DNA of 64,000 nt, taken from contig NC_058383.1 of the NCBI RefSeq assembly GCF_018350175.1, positions 2,108,001 to 2,172,000 on the forward strand, given 5' to 3'. Position numbers and translations under genes: made by a program. The notes beneath the pieces were generated by a model. That model did not search any database, was not told the DNA's origin, and was given only the letters and a program-made list of their open reading frames with translations. Below are positions 25,143-37,650 of the stretch, one piece after another (position 1 is the stretch's first letter; each line of letters begins with the position of its first letter). This DNA comes from Felis catus (taxonomy: Eukaryota).

Positions 25143-28100
25143 GAGCGCGGGGAGGGGGTTCTGAAAAGGCTCGTCTCCCAAACCTGGGTGGGTGGGTGGG
25201 AGAGGAGCAGGGGGCCTGGGACAGGGGCCCAGTCGGGGGACCGCGTGTGCAAGTCCCTCCCAGCAACCTGAGCGGATGTGAGTCCCACAGACCCCTGCCT
25301 GACTCGGGTCCACAGCCCATTGGTCCAGGCGGAGACCAGCTTCCTGGCCCCACAGGACTGGCTGGGAGCACCTCCTGCAGCCCAGTCACAGACGCCTCCC
25401 GTGGCCACCTTCCCAGCCCCCGATCCCTCCCACGCCACTTTCCTGCAGACTGGTCCCCTTGATAGGGAACCTTCTTCCTTCTCCTCTCTCTGCAAGTTCC
25501 AGCTCCTCCAGGAAGGATAGCCCACAGTGGCCGGCCCAGCCCTCAGCCATCCACCCCATGCAGGCCCTGCCTAATGTGACTTCCCTCTGAGATCTGATCC
25601 AACCCCATGCAGCTCTGGCCCGTGGGACGAGCCGCAGACAAATGTCCCATGAGGGATGAGCTAGTGGGCAGGGAGCCTCCGTCGACCCCAGTGCCTTTGC
25701 ACCTGCTGTTTCCTTTGGCTGTCAGCCCACATGTTGCCTCTTCCATCCCCTCCTTGACTGTCGGGCCCAGGCATGTTCTGTTGTCAGCTCAATTTCCACC
25801 CCCTTCCTTTATTTTACCCTGCTGATCCTGATGGGAGCTACGTGTGTTTGCTTTCCCTCTCTGCTGGTCCCCAGAATACCAGGAGCTCAGAGAGTAAGCC
25901 TGGGCCTGCCTTGCTCCCGTTCTGTCTCTAACGTAGGGCCGGGAGTGTCCATACGCTGCCAACTACATAACGGGAGGGTTTGGTGGCCGCCCAGAGCGAC
26001 TCTGAAGCCAGGGTGACCTGGGGACTCCCCAACGTGAGCCCTCCAGCTGTCTACCCAATACCCTCCTCTTACAACCTCAGTATGGGCTGCTCCCGGGCCG
26101 CTAACCTCTCTCTTTGTGTCTGAAGGGGTCGCCAGGCCTGGCCCAACCTGGAGGATGCACCGGCCTCAAATCCCCTCCACGCCCAGAGTCACTGCCCAGA
26201 CAGAAGGATGTTCCGGAGTCAGTGGTCCAGGAAGGGTTTGTGGCTGCCGCGGTCACAAGGGCCCTGAATGAGGAGGGGGCTTCCCCAGCGTCCAGCCACA
26301 CGTCTCCAGGGCCAGCTGTGTGCCCCGAAGCACACCCGGCCCTCTCGGGGGCCCCGGCCACTCCGTACGGCAGTGGGGAGAACGCGGGGAGTACGTCTCT
26401 TGGGGAATCGGCGGTTCAGCCCGGGGGTGCCGGATCACACCACCAAGGGAGCCTCGTCTCAGCACCCCTGGGTGCCTCGCTCAGGCCCAGCTAGGGCAGA
26501 GGCAGAGGTCAGGGAAGGCCCTGGGGGAAGAGCCGGGGGAGGGTCGGGAGGGACGCTGGGGGAAGCTGACTCAGCCTCCACAGACCCCGCTTCTCCGGCA
26601 GCGCCTTCCTGGTGGGGCCAACCTTCCGTCCAAAGTTGCCGCCGCCGGCCAGCCGGACAGGAAGCTCGTGGCGGGGCCGCACCCTGGCCCCCTGGCCCCC
26701 GCCCGGCGCTCCGGCCTGGCCTCGGCCTCCCACCTTGGCCCGGCTGCCTCCCTGGGGAACGAAGCTGAGGCCAGCCCCACTGCCCCCCCCCCCCCCCCCG
26801 AGTCTGCAGCTGTGCCGGACGGAAGGAGCCTGCTCGGGCCGCGGGCGCCTGCTCTGGGCGTGTGTGCACGCGGTCACACGTGTCCTCTGCTTGCACGTGC
26901 AGCACCTCACCCCCGCACGCGGGCTCACCTGCACGTGTGGAGATGTGCACACGTCCGCACGCGCGAGGACTTGTGTCTGGGGCACCGAGAGAGAGCGCAG
27001 AGCCGGGCACGACGGCCCCGCCAAGCGGGTGCTGGGGGCCGCAGCCGGGGAAGGTGAGGGTGATGGAGAGGGGGCGCGCTCAGGCCCCGGGGTGGGGGCC
27101 TCCCAGCCTCCCACAGTCCTCCTCACTCCTGCACTGGCGTCTCCAGGGAGGGAACGCGAGAGCTTACAGCCAGCACCTGGACTTGGTGGCCCCACACTTC
27201 CGATCACATCAGCAGGGACCGGCCTGTGGCTTTGTCAGCGGAGGACAGCCTTGCAATCCGAGCTGGGGGGGCGCCGGGGGAGGACTTTGCCGAAGGGAGC
27301 AGAAGAGGCTGAGGAGAGCCTCAAGAGGGGTGGGGAGGGGCCGGGGGCGGAGTGAGGTCTGCTGCGCACGTGTGCAGATGGTGCACTGACCAAGGATAGA
27401 CGCCTGAAATTCGGCCCACGCTCTGCTCACCGGACTGCAAAAAAGGAGCACCTTCCCTCAGGCGGCGCACGGGGGTCCGGCAGGGTTCTGGGGACCCAGC
27501 GTGGACACGTCGCAGGCTGCCCGGCCGGAGTCCAGGCTTCCCCGAGACCCCAGGTGGACAGCTAGCTGCGCGTGCTCCTTCCCGCGGGATGCCCGGTCGG
27601 CCCCCAGGCCCGAGATGCGTCCCTGTCTGGCCCAGAACGCCTCGGTTCCCACGCCGTCACAATGGCCACACAACGGGGCCCCCAGGGACGGAACTTAATC
27701 TCGGGCTATTGAAGACCTGCAAGCCATGGCCCCTGTCCCCAGCCCGCAGACGCCGCGCCCGGGACATCTGATCCACCGCCACCCTCTCCTCAAAGGGGGA
27801 CACTGTCTCCCCAGGGCCCCCCGCCCCCCCTGGCATGGACAGGAGGGAAACTGGGTCACCGGGATAGAGTGACAGCAGTGGCCGGCCGGGATGGGACTGG
27901 AGGATGCTCCTGGCCCGCAGACCTGCCCCAGGGTACCTGGCCCTGGGGGGAGGCGGGACCGGCCCGAGAGCTGCGCCTGCGAGGGCCTGGAGTTTGGGCC
28001 GAGAGCTGAGGCGACAAACTGCCTGCCTAAGACCCGCTCGTTGTGTAGGGACAGAGCTGAGACTGGGGACCCTCCCTTCCCCCACCCAGAGAGGGGCCCA

Positions 28101-30149
28101 TAGGCCACCCTGCACCCCCCTCCACCCCCGGAGCAGGCCAGCCGGCCACCCGCTCCTCCACCCGAGAATGCCCGGCTGCCGCTTGGTTTCCTGGCCCTCG
28201 AAGAGCTTTCTGGAGCAGCCAGGAAGAGTCAGGCCTGGCCAGGAGCTACTTCTGGGAGCAGAGACCCAGGCCTTCTGTGTGTAAGGTGCGCTCACCGTCT
28301 GCAGCCGGCCTCTGAGCGGAGCACCGCACCCGCCCTAGACTCCGCGTGGGGGCCGTGGGGGCCTTGAGCTCAGCCCCGAGGACTGCGGGAGCCCCACGGG
28401 AGGCTGGAGCCCGCAGACTCTTGCTCTCAGGGGAAGCTGGAGACACGGGCTCACCGCCGCGTGGCCTTGGGCAGGACCCTGTCTTCCCATCTGTGCAATG
28501 GCCCTAGCTCCTTCTTGCCCCTTTGTGCGTCTAGCAAATTCTTAGCTCTTTGTGGTTGCCACCCTCCCAGAGCACTCTCTGGGTGCCAGAATATGTGCCA
28601 GGGGCTGGAAGGGACCCAGGAATGGAAAAGAGGGGAGGGACCCAGGAAAACTCCAAGGAGGTGGCCGCTGACTGGGGAGGCGGGCATGGAGGGACCGAGC
28701 CCAGCGAGTAAGCCGGGAGCAGCAGAGGAAGTCGGAGGCCTGCAGGGGCAGGGCCGGCCCTCCAGCGTGGGGAGCAGGGAGACAGGGATGGCGTCAGCCC
28801 AGGAGCCCGTTTCTAGGATTCGGGGGCCAGCCCTCAGGTCCGCGCAAGACCACAGTGCCCGCTTCTCACTCGGAGCCGGCAGCTCTGGGCAAGGAACTGC
28901 CCGGGAATAACGGCCACCTCCCACCTGGGGCGGCCAGGGAGTCTGTGGCCAGGAGACAAGAGGGTCCAGAGGGCAGGCTGGCGTCAGCCTGTGAACCTTG
29001 GTCCCACGCAGAGTCAGCTGCCTGGAAAGAGAAAGGGGCCGCCGGGCCCGGACCAGGCCTGCCGTCAGGAAGCGGCCGTCCCGAAGGACCCGGCTTGCCC
29101 GGGGTACACCTGCCCTGCCCTCTCCTGCGGCTTCCGCCGGCAGTGGGGGCATCTGTGGCCTCGGCCGCATTTGCCGCCGTGGCGAGCCCTGAGCCAGGTC
29201 TTCCTGCGAGGGCACCTGGGGGTCCGCTGGGCCCCGCCTCTTGGCTCATCAGCACCTGCCCGCGCGTGTTTCAGAACCGGGGTGCGGGCACCGGGGCAGA
29301 CAACCACCACCCCACCCCTGTGTGACCCAGGCCAGCTCACTTCCCTCCCTGAGCCTCGGCTTCCTCAATTGCAAAATGAGAGCTGAGACACGCCCTGCTA
29401 AGCCTGTCGCCCCGGGCCCCCCTTCCCTCCACTTTCCTGCCCGCCCCCCCCCCAGCCCTCCCCGCAGTGGGCAGAGCAGGCCGAGGTACCCTCTCGCCGG
29501 GGCCCGGTTGGCACCGAGGGGCACAGCTTCGGGGCTGTGGGAGGGGGCTGGCAGCGTTTGTACTGCAGGGCAGGATCTGTGGAGGGGTGGGGGGGCCAGC
29601 CCGGGGCCGGGAGGAGGGGGGCCGGGGAGCCTAACCTGGCAGGCGCTCCGACAATTCCGTCTGCTGCTTCTGTCAATACGAGCCTTCCTGTTTTGGAGAT
29701 TAAACCTCGGCTGAGCAAACAGCCTTCAGGGGGGCCCCTCCCCGCCACCTTCCCAAACCCAGCCCGGCCGGAGGCTGCAAGCACCTGGAGGCCGCTGGGA
29801 GCCACGGGGTCCGGGGTCCCGCTCTGCCGCCCCTGCCCTCACCGAGCCTTGGCCCGCGGCCCAGGCGGCCCGGCCCGGCCCCAGCCCCCCACTGACCTCC
29901 GTGGAGGCCACCCGCAGGAGCCCCCCGTGTCATCCTTCCGCTGCCGGGCTGGCGCACTGTCCCGGCAGCCCTGCCCGCCGCATCCTCTGCCCTCACATGA
30001 CCTTGGCAGGAAGTGGGGAGCAAACTGCTTGTCGGGGCCTCCCCGCCAGGCTCACGCATACCTGTCAGGGACCCCAGGCGTGGCCGGGAGCCACCCTGAG
30101 TGCCCCACGGAGGCTCCTGCCTTGGGAGAGGCCAGTCATGCGGATGGCG

Positions 30150-30316
30150 ATTTCTCCAGTTGGACAATTCTTTGTTGGGGGCCCGGCTTGCACATCGTAG
30201 GGCATTCAGCAGCACCTCCGGCTTCTACTGACTGGATGCACTGGCTGTGCATTACTCCCGGGCGTGGCATCCAAAAATGTCTCCAGGCATTGCCAAACGC
30301 CCCAAATGTCCCCTGG
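30150..30316. mobile_element. MER20 hAT DNA transposon remnant
   Basis: ggacaattctttgttggggg...ccaaaaatgtctccaggcattgccaaa...tgtcccctggg. Confidence 0.7.
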
Positions 30317-30782
30317 GCTGGTCCCTGCGGACCGTGTGTATACAAAGCAGCCAGGGCTGCAGAGATTGGCCTGGCCTTCCCTCTGATGCGGGCCTCAGCC
30401 CTGTCCCGTCCTCCTTGCCTCTCCCACCCCTTCCTACCAGGGCCCACCTACCTCTGAGGAGCTGGCCCTGCCCTCCTGAAAAAATCCTCCTGTTGCCAGA
30501 GCCTCTCAGGACAGGGAGCACGGAGAGCAAAGGCCTGGCCGCAAGGGCATGAGGCCTGGAGGGACAGACGGCCCGGGGCTGATTCCTCTTGCCCGGGCTC
30601 CCCCTCCTCCTACGATGCAACTCGAACCACATCCCTTTTGCTGGCAGACCTTCTATGGTTCCCCATTGCCTCCCAGGCCTGACCCTGACCCTGACCCTGA
30701 CCCAGGACCGGCCGGCTCCTGCTCAGCTCTCCAGCTTCACGTCCCTCTGCTCATCGACTCAGACCCCCGCCGAGCTGCGTGA

Positions 30783-31025
30783 CCCCCCCCACCTCTGGGC
30801 AGCACCCCTTCCCGCCTCCCCCCCACCTCTGGGCAGCACCCCTTCCCGCCTCCCCCCCACCTCTGGGCAGCACCCCTTCCCGCCTCCCCCCCCACCTCTG
30901 GGCAGCACCCCTTCCCGCCTCCCCCCCACCTCTGGGCAGCACCCCTTCCCGCCTCCCCCCCCACCTCTGGGCAGCACCCCTTCCCGCCTCCCCCCCCCAC
31001 CTCTGGGCAGCACCCCTTCCTGCCT
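30783..31025 (+). repeat. Minisatellite, 7 copies of a 34-36 bp unit (ccccacctctgggcagcaccccttcccgcctcc)
   Basis: Near-identical units differing in C-run length. Confidence 0.97.
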
Positions 31026-31049
31026 TCCCACCCTCCCTCCCACCCAAAC

Positions 31050-31385
31050 CTTCGCCAGTCACCACCTTTTCCTAGAAGCCTTGCCTGATGCTCACTACCC
31101 CCGGCCCTGGCACATAGTGGATTATCCCTCGCCTGGGCTCCGGGCACACTTGGGCTTGACCCGTCTCCCGGCCCTGACCGCCATCTCTCTGCTGGGAGGA
31201 CGTCTGAGAGCCTGGCAGATCCTCCCACAAGAGTGTGAGCTCCCTGAGGCCAGGAGCTGCGTCTGACTCACCTCCTAAACCACCCGGAGCCACGCAGAGC
31301 CAGGGGTGGAGAAGGTGCCAGGGATCCCGTCGAATGGTTGGGCGAGTGGACAGATGGACCGTCAGACAGGTGGACGAATGGGTGC
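31050..31385 (+). mobile_element. L2 3' end with degenerate (TGGA/TGAA)n tail
   Basis: tgtgagctccctgaggccaggagct...gaatggttgggcgagtggacagatggac. Confidence 0.5.
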
Positions 31386-34300
31386 CGTGGTGGTGGCTTA
31401 TCTTTTTGTGGGTGTGGTTGCCACTCCTGGGCACATAACCTCCCCCTCCCGTCACTTCCAGGGCCGCCTAAAATAGAGATCAATGCCATATCCTTCTCCA
31501 CCCCTGGGAGTGAGGGGCTCACTCAACTCGACTCCTGTCGCAGAGGAGGAACCTGAGGTCAGGGAGTTACAGAGATAAGGTCGGGGTCATGAAGTGGGGG
31601 CGGGGGCGCCCTTTGAGGCAAGACTCCGATCCCTACCACCTCCATCCGGCCGGGAGCCCCTCCTTCCACTGCCCCCAGGGTCTGGTCCCATTGACATGGG
31701 CACCAGGTCATGACTGGGGCGAGGGGTCATGCCTGGGGCCTGGCAGGCACGGGGACAACCACTCCCCACCCCGTGGCCACAGCACAAGCTAGCCATTCTT
31801 GGCAAGACAAAGGCTGGCTGGGGCAAAGTGGTTCTGGTGTCTCCCTGGTGGGTGTCTGGCCGCTGTAGCACGTCAGTAATGTGTCCTCACGGCCGGGGCT
31901 CTGCTCCTGGGGGCTGCAAATCAGATTAGCCCGGTCTGGCCCCAGCGCAGAGCCACCAGGCAGAGGTGCAGCTGCCAGGCCTGGGCCCGTCTCCCTTCTG
32001 GTGTTCGAAGTCCTGCCCCACGGCGGAGAGACTCGTCCCCGACTGGCTGTGGGGTCAGAGGCGTGCCTCTTCTCCGCTCTGCGCCGCCCATGTCCAATCT
32101 GCAAGACCAACCGCTTGAGTGAGACCCTCCCAGCGTAGGTGGGCACACAGTGTCTGGTCACTGAGAACTACGGGCATCAGCCCCTGCCAGCCCCCTGCCA
32201 CCCTCCACAGCTCTGCCCTCAGGCCCTGGTGCCAGCTCACAGTTCAGTGGGCAGCCATGCCGGGCCTCCCTCCTTCCCCTGAGACCCACATTCCCCGGGG
32301 CTGGGTGCTTGGGGGACAGAAGCAGGGGCCCTCCCTTGAGCCTCTGCATGTCCGTGTATCTACACGTATCCATCCATCCACCCAGTCCGTCCACCCATGC
32401 GTGCGTCCGTCTGTCCATCTGCCCATCCATCCATGTATCATCCAACGGATGTGTCTAACGTACCTAAGACGCACCACGTACCCTTCTAAGCACTGAGGAC
32501 AACAGCTACGAATGACACAGTGTTTCTGCCCTCTCGTAGCCCACATCCGGCACCTTCCCAGTCATCCCCACGACCTCTCTCTGCCTTTTTGCCTTTCCGT
32601 CCATCTGTCTCTCCCTTCCCTTCCTCATCTGTCCAGCCAGCGTTTGTTTACTGAGCACCTGCTTTGTGGCAGGCACTGCTGAGGAACTCGGCATGGCCCC
32701 TGACCTCCCAGGCTAGCTGGGGAGGCAGGCAGGGAAACGGGCAGTTATTATCTCGTGGTCTGGGCCAGGACGGGGGCAGGTGCCACAGGGGCTGAGGGCT
32801 GAGGGAAGAGGTGGCACCCGGCTGGCCTTGAAGGGTGTCCCCTGAAGCCTTACTCAGCCACCTAGGCCAAGTCACCAGGCCACTGCGACCACTCCAGGCC
32901 CCAGAGTTCAGGCCAATGGGCCATGTCGCCAGGGCTCATTGTTTCTCTACGCCTGCAGGGTACCAGCCAAGGGTGGGCGGGGAAGGGAAGGCACCGGCCA
33001 TATCCCTATTACAAAGTCAAGTGAAATCCCGAGATCTGCAGAGGGAGGGAACTGGCCCAAGACCACACAAAGCGAGGCCTGGGGGTGAGGGGTTCCGGGC
33101 AGAGCGGGCGTGCGGGCGGGCCGGGCCAGGCTGGGCTGGGGGCTCTATTCACAGCTGTAGACTGCTCATTCTTCCCGTGGGGGCAGCGCCCACCCCAGCT
33201 GCAGTAATGGGAATCAGCTGCTGCTGCCCGCTGTGCCCCCTCCCTCCTGCCGCGGAGCCGGCTGCACTGGGCTCCGGAGCCAACCCTCCCCTCCTGCCAG
33301 CGGGACTCCCTGTCCAGAAGCTTCTGGGCTGGGGCTTCTGTGACCGTGCCACTCATTGCCTGCTAGGGGCACCTTGGCATCCAGAAGGTTCCCTCCTTGC
33401 CAGTTATCCTCTGATGCCCTCACGGCAGCGCGGGGGGCAGCGTCCTCATGTCTGCCCGTCCAGGAGCCCCAACTCCGTCTTCCTGCCACCAGCTCACGGT
33501 GGGGTTGGAAAGGGACTTCCCTGTTGCAGTGACACGCAGCCTGCCTGCCTCGGATGACTTCCTGCGAGCTAACGGGGCCACCCGCTATGTCTCCTGGATC
33601 TTCCCAGGAAAGAAACAATCCAGGGGAAGCCGGCCCCAAGGACCCCGGGAGCCTGTGGAGAAGGGGTTTCCAGTAGCTGGTGGGACAGACCCCCATCCAC
33701 GGGAGGCCCCGGGCTGAGCCCCAGCAGAGAAAGGAGGCTGAGTTCGGGTGGGGACACAATACTGCCTCTGAGCCTGATGTGGGGGCAGAGTAGAGCCCCG
33801 CGGGGCTCTGTGGTCAGGTGGGCCCGCTTTCCGAGGCCACCGCTCTAAATTTCAGGGGCGGCTCTGAGGTCATGCAGCCACGTGCCTTCCCCGGGGCCCC
33901 AGCCTGGCGGAGACACCACGCTGAGTGGAGGTGTGCTGCCCAGGAGGCACACAGACCCAACGTCCCCAGGCAAGAGAGCCAGGCTGCTTGCTTCTCTGAC
34001 CTTCTGCCCGGAAGCACCTTATAAAATGGAAGCACCTTATAAAATCCTCATGTTATGGGTGGGGAAACTGAGTTTCAGGGAAGGAACATCCCGGGTCCAG
34101 GTCTAAAGCTGAGAAGGGGCCCCTGTGGGTTTGCGAGGCCAGCAGTCTGGCTCCAGAGGGCAACACCCACCCCCGGGCTGAGTTTGTGCCTGTGCCCAGA
34201 GCAGAGCCCTGGTCCAGCCTCTACTCCCAGCCCCCTCCCCCCCGGGACCTTAATGTCCCAAGGGGCTTCCTGGCAACCTGGTCAGCCGCCCCCCATCCCT

Positions 34301-35949
34301 TCTCGAGCTCCCCATTTCCTGTCCTCAGCCCAGCACCCCCACTTCCCCTGCGGCTGTTTGGCTCAGTGGGTCCCTGGTAGGAGCCCGTGCGCCTAGGTCA
34401 GGGGCAGGGAGGGGCTCACCTCAGGCTGGGGAAGGGGCGGGGGCAGCTGAGCAGGCCACCCCCCTACAGTTTTTAGACCTCAAGGAGTCACCACGAAATT
34501 CCATTCTCCTGACAGCAAAGAAACTGAATCACTCTCGCCAAAGCCCACGGCCCCCACAAGAATGCTATAAGGCTTTGTCCTGCTGTTCCCAGACGGCAGC
34601 CGCACCCGGGGGCCCCCCACGCCCCAGCCTGGCTGCGGAGAGGCGCAGGAAACTCCCTCTAGTCCCTGCCAGGCTGGACCAGCCCCTCTCAGTAACCCCG
34701 TCTCCTGCTCACCCCCCCCGCATCCTTGCCTTCTGTACAATGGGTACACTGCTCCTGCTGTCTGGTGTGTCCAAGGGCACCAGTCGGAGAAAGCAGGGGT
34801 GCTCTGGGGTGCGGGCAGGCAGTGCTATCTCCTCGGCAGGGGGCCACAGGACCTCGTCTGGTGGGAGTATGGGCTGACGCGGCCGTGTGCTGTTCTCTCG
34901 CTTCTCTTGCAGAACACTCAGCATCTAGTGGGTACCGCTAAGTATAGAAGCCACTGACCTGAATCCCGGGCACGGCTCATGCAAAGCATGAGGGCTCCAG
35001 TGGTGCTTGGGCTGTTGGGGAATGGGGAGGATTGCAGGGTGCGGCAAGAAACGGGGCTGGGAATGAGTTCCCAGGGGAGTAGACAGCAGACCAGGATTTG
35101 AACTCAGAGGCGATGGGGAGCCGTGGAAGATTCTGATCCATTTGGGAGGGGGGAGGGGGAGGGCTAGATCTGTCTGGTCACTGAGTAGAGAATACATAGA
35201 GCAGGTAAGGAAGGGAGACCAGGGTGGAGACTGCCCAAGACCTTCTGAGGAGAGATGAGGGGAGTGGAGGGGGCTCCTTCTCAAAAGAGCCCAGATATGG
35301 GGTCAGTGGGAGTTGGTGGTGAGGCAAGGGCACAGGGACTTCAGACCTGAAGCTGGGCTGGGCTGGGCTGCGGCTCAGCTGACTGTTTGGGGGCAGCCCA
35401 TGCAGCCATAGGGCCCTTTCCTCCCCTGCCCACCCCGCCTCTCCGGCTGCCTAGAGGCTCCAAGGCTGGGCTCTGGCTGATGGGGGCGGGGTTTATGGCA
35501 GGAGGTGACACCACGGGAGACTTGTCACTTGGGCACAGCCAGCACCATCTGCTCAGGCAACTGTCTGCCTGAGGTGGCGCCTGCTAATTACCTGGGGGGG
35601 CGGGGGCAGGAAGAGGCCTGGGAACCACTATCTCACTATCTCCCATCACACGCCATGACACGGGGGCTAAGGCTAGGGCCCCAGAGCTCTGGGAGCAAAT
35701 GGGCCACAGCCCCCTGGGGGCATTTACCCAGCAAATCCTTAGCGAGCACCCACTGCGCTCCAGGCCTGTTCTCCCGCAGGCGACACGCAGGCGGAGGAAG
35801 AGGCACCGGCACCCACAGCGCCACCGCAGGCAGGGGGCTAAGCTCTGCGGAAGTAACTGGCCAGCGGGCAGAGTGAGCTGTGACCTGAGCGGGCAGGGGC
35901 TGTGGCCCCGGTGGTCGCAGAGGGCCTCCTAAGGAGGGGGTGCCAGAGC

Positions 35950-37650
35950 CGAGGAGGGACGGGACGGGAAGGAGGCGCAGCCAAGCGGAGAGCCGCCCCC
36001 AGCTGAGCTTCCGGAAGATGCTGAGGGCAGAGAACTCGGACCCAGCTCCCGCGCCAGGGGGCCCCTCGGCCACTTCCGGGCCCCTCGCCCCTCGCCGTCA
36101 GCCCGGGCTGCTGGCGCGCATTCCTGCCGCCCCTGCTCGTGCGGTGGGCCGGCCCGACCCGTGGGAAGGCCTGGGGGCGGGGGCCGCCGTGTGCCGGGGG
36201 AGGCGGGGCGGGGGCACAGCTGGGCCACATCTGGCCGGATCGTAGAGGGACCAAATGGGACAAAAAGCAGCCTTTCATCCCGCGAGGGGAGGGGCGACCT
36301 CAGTTCCTTCTCGCCACAGGGCGCCTGGAGGATTTGGGGAACAACCCCACCACCCCCGCCGTCGGGCTGGGACTTGAGGAAATTACCTCGGGTTGGGGGG
36401 GGGGGAGCCGGGTGGAGCTGAAGGTGGAATTTGATACAGGTGCTTTCTCGCTGCAACCTCGTGGCCCTACCTGCGGCTCGGGCGGCTAAGCCCCTCCTCG
36501 GTACTAATAACCGCTGCCCGAGGCAGAAAGGACTTAGACCTCAGTCCGCCTACACGCCGCCCCACGTTCTCCGCACGCAGCACCCCAAGCGCAGGACGCC
36601 GGGCTCGGGGAGGGGCAGCGCCCAGCGAGGAAGTCAGGACGGCTCCGGCGGGACTACCGAGCCCGAAGCCCCCGTGCCAGAACCCCGGTCACCGCGCTGA
36701 GGGCGCGCCCTCCCGCGTGCCAGACGCCCCGTGCAGCCCCCGCCGGCGCTGGCCAGCCTGCTTTCCCCTTCGGGGCCACCGGGGCGGGCCCGGCCCCAAG
36801 CCCCACGCCCCTCGGCTGCCCGCGGGGGACGACCCGGGCGGGGCGGGGCGTGCACGTGCTCACAAGGGGCGGGGGCGGCGGCGCCCGGCGGGCCTTTCCC
36901 AGACCCCCGCCGCGGCCCCACGTGGGCGCTGAGCGTCTCGGGGGGCGACCGGCGCGAGGTCCCGCCCCAGGGCCCGGGAGCCAGTGAGCGCGCGGCGGGG
37001 GCGGGCCCTCGAGGGGGCCACGCCCCCGGAGGGCGGAGTCCGGCGGGGAGGTTTAAGAGCGTGGGGCGCGGGCAGTGGACAGCCCAACGCGCCGCGGGAC
37101 CCGGGATCCTGCGCGCCGGTCTGCGGGGCGGGGCAGGGCAGGGCGCACCTGGCAGGGCGCGCCGGGGGCCGCCACCCCACCATGCTCAAGCGCTGCGGCC
37201 GACGCCTGCTGCTGGCGCTGGCGGGCGCGCTGCTCGCCTGCCTGCTGGTGCTCACGGCGGACCCGCCCCCGCCCCCGGTGCCCGCCGAGCGCGGCCGGCG
37301 AGCGCTGCGCAGCCTGGCGGGCCCCGCGGGGGCGGCCCCGGCTCCCGGGCTGGAGGCGGCGGCGGCTCCCGCCGCGCTCGCCCGCGAGGTGCACAGTCTG
37401 TCCGAGTACTTCAGCCTGCTGACCCGCGCGCGCAGAGACGCGGGCCCGCCGCCCGGGGGCGCCCCCCGCCCCGCCGACGGCCACCCGCCGCCCCCAGCGG
37501 AGCCGCTGGCGCCCCACGACGTCTTCATCGCGGTCAAGACCACCAGAAAGTTTCACCGCGCGCGCCTCGACCTGCTGCTGGAGACCTGGATCTCGCGCCA
37601 CAAGCAGATGGTGAGCCCCCACGGCTGGGCGGGGTAGGGGTGCCGTCTTG
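35950..37650. promoter_or_regulatory. LFNG: LFNG CpG-island promoter (approximate limits) with GC boxes and TATA-like TTTAAGA at 37052-37058
   Basis: Very high CpG density spanning exon 1; repeated GGGCGG (e.g. 36835-36880, 36997-37005). Confidence 0.85.
37182..37610 (+). CDS. LFNG: LFNG coding exon 1; full CDS = join(37182..37610,42211..42259,42763..42862,42970..43123,43242..43327,43791..43956,44398..44483,44689..44755), 1137 nt, 378 aa O-fucosylpeptide beta-1,3-GlcNAc transferase Lunatic fringe
   Basis: Kozak ccacc[27 protein letters not shown] type II signal-anchor, RARR convertase site, DVFIAVKTT; donor ATG|gtgagc. Confidence 0.98.

Noticed and set aside
2800..35900. Many long ORFs (e.g. 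15250-16593, 16441-18183, 18959-19993, 21223-22170) as possible novel genes
   Set aside because: Pro/Gly/Arg/Ala-rich with no recognisable domain, overlapping in several frames on both strands, often starting at non-ATG codons. Expected from stop-codon scarcity at very high GC.
36984..37181. In-frame N-terminal extension of LFNG from GTG 36984
   Set aside because: No ATG, it starts upstream of the TATA-like box, and the strong Kozak ATG at 37182 gives the known N-terminus.
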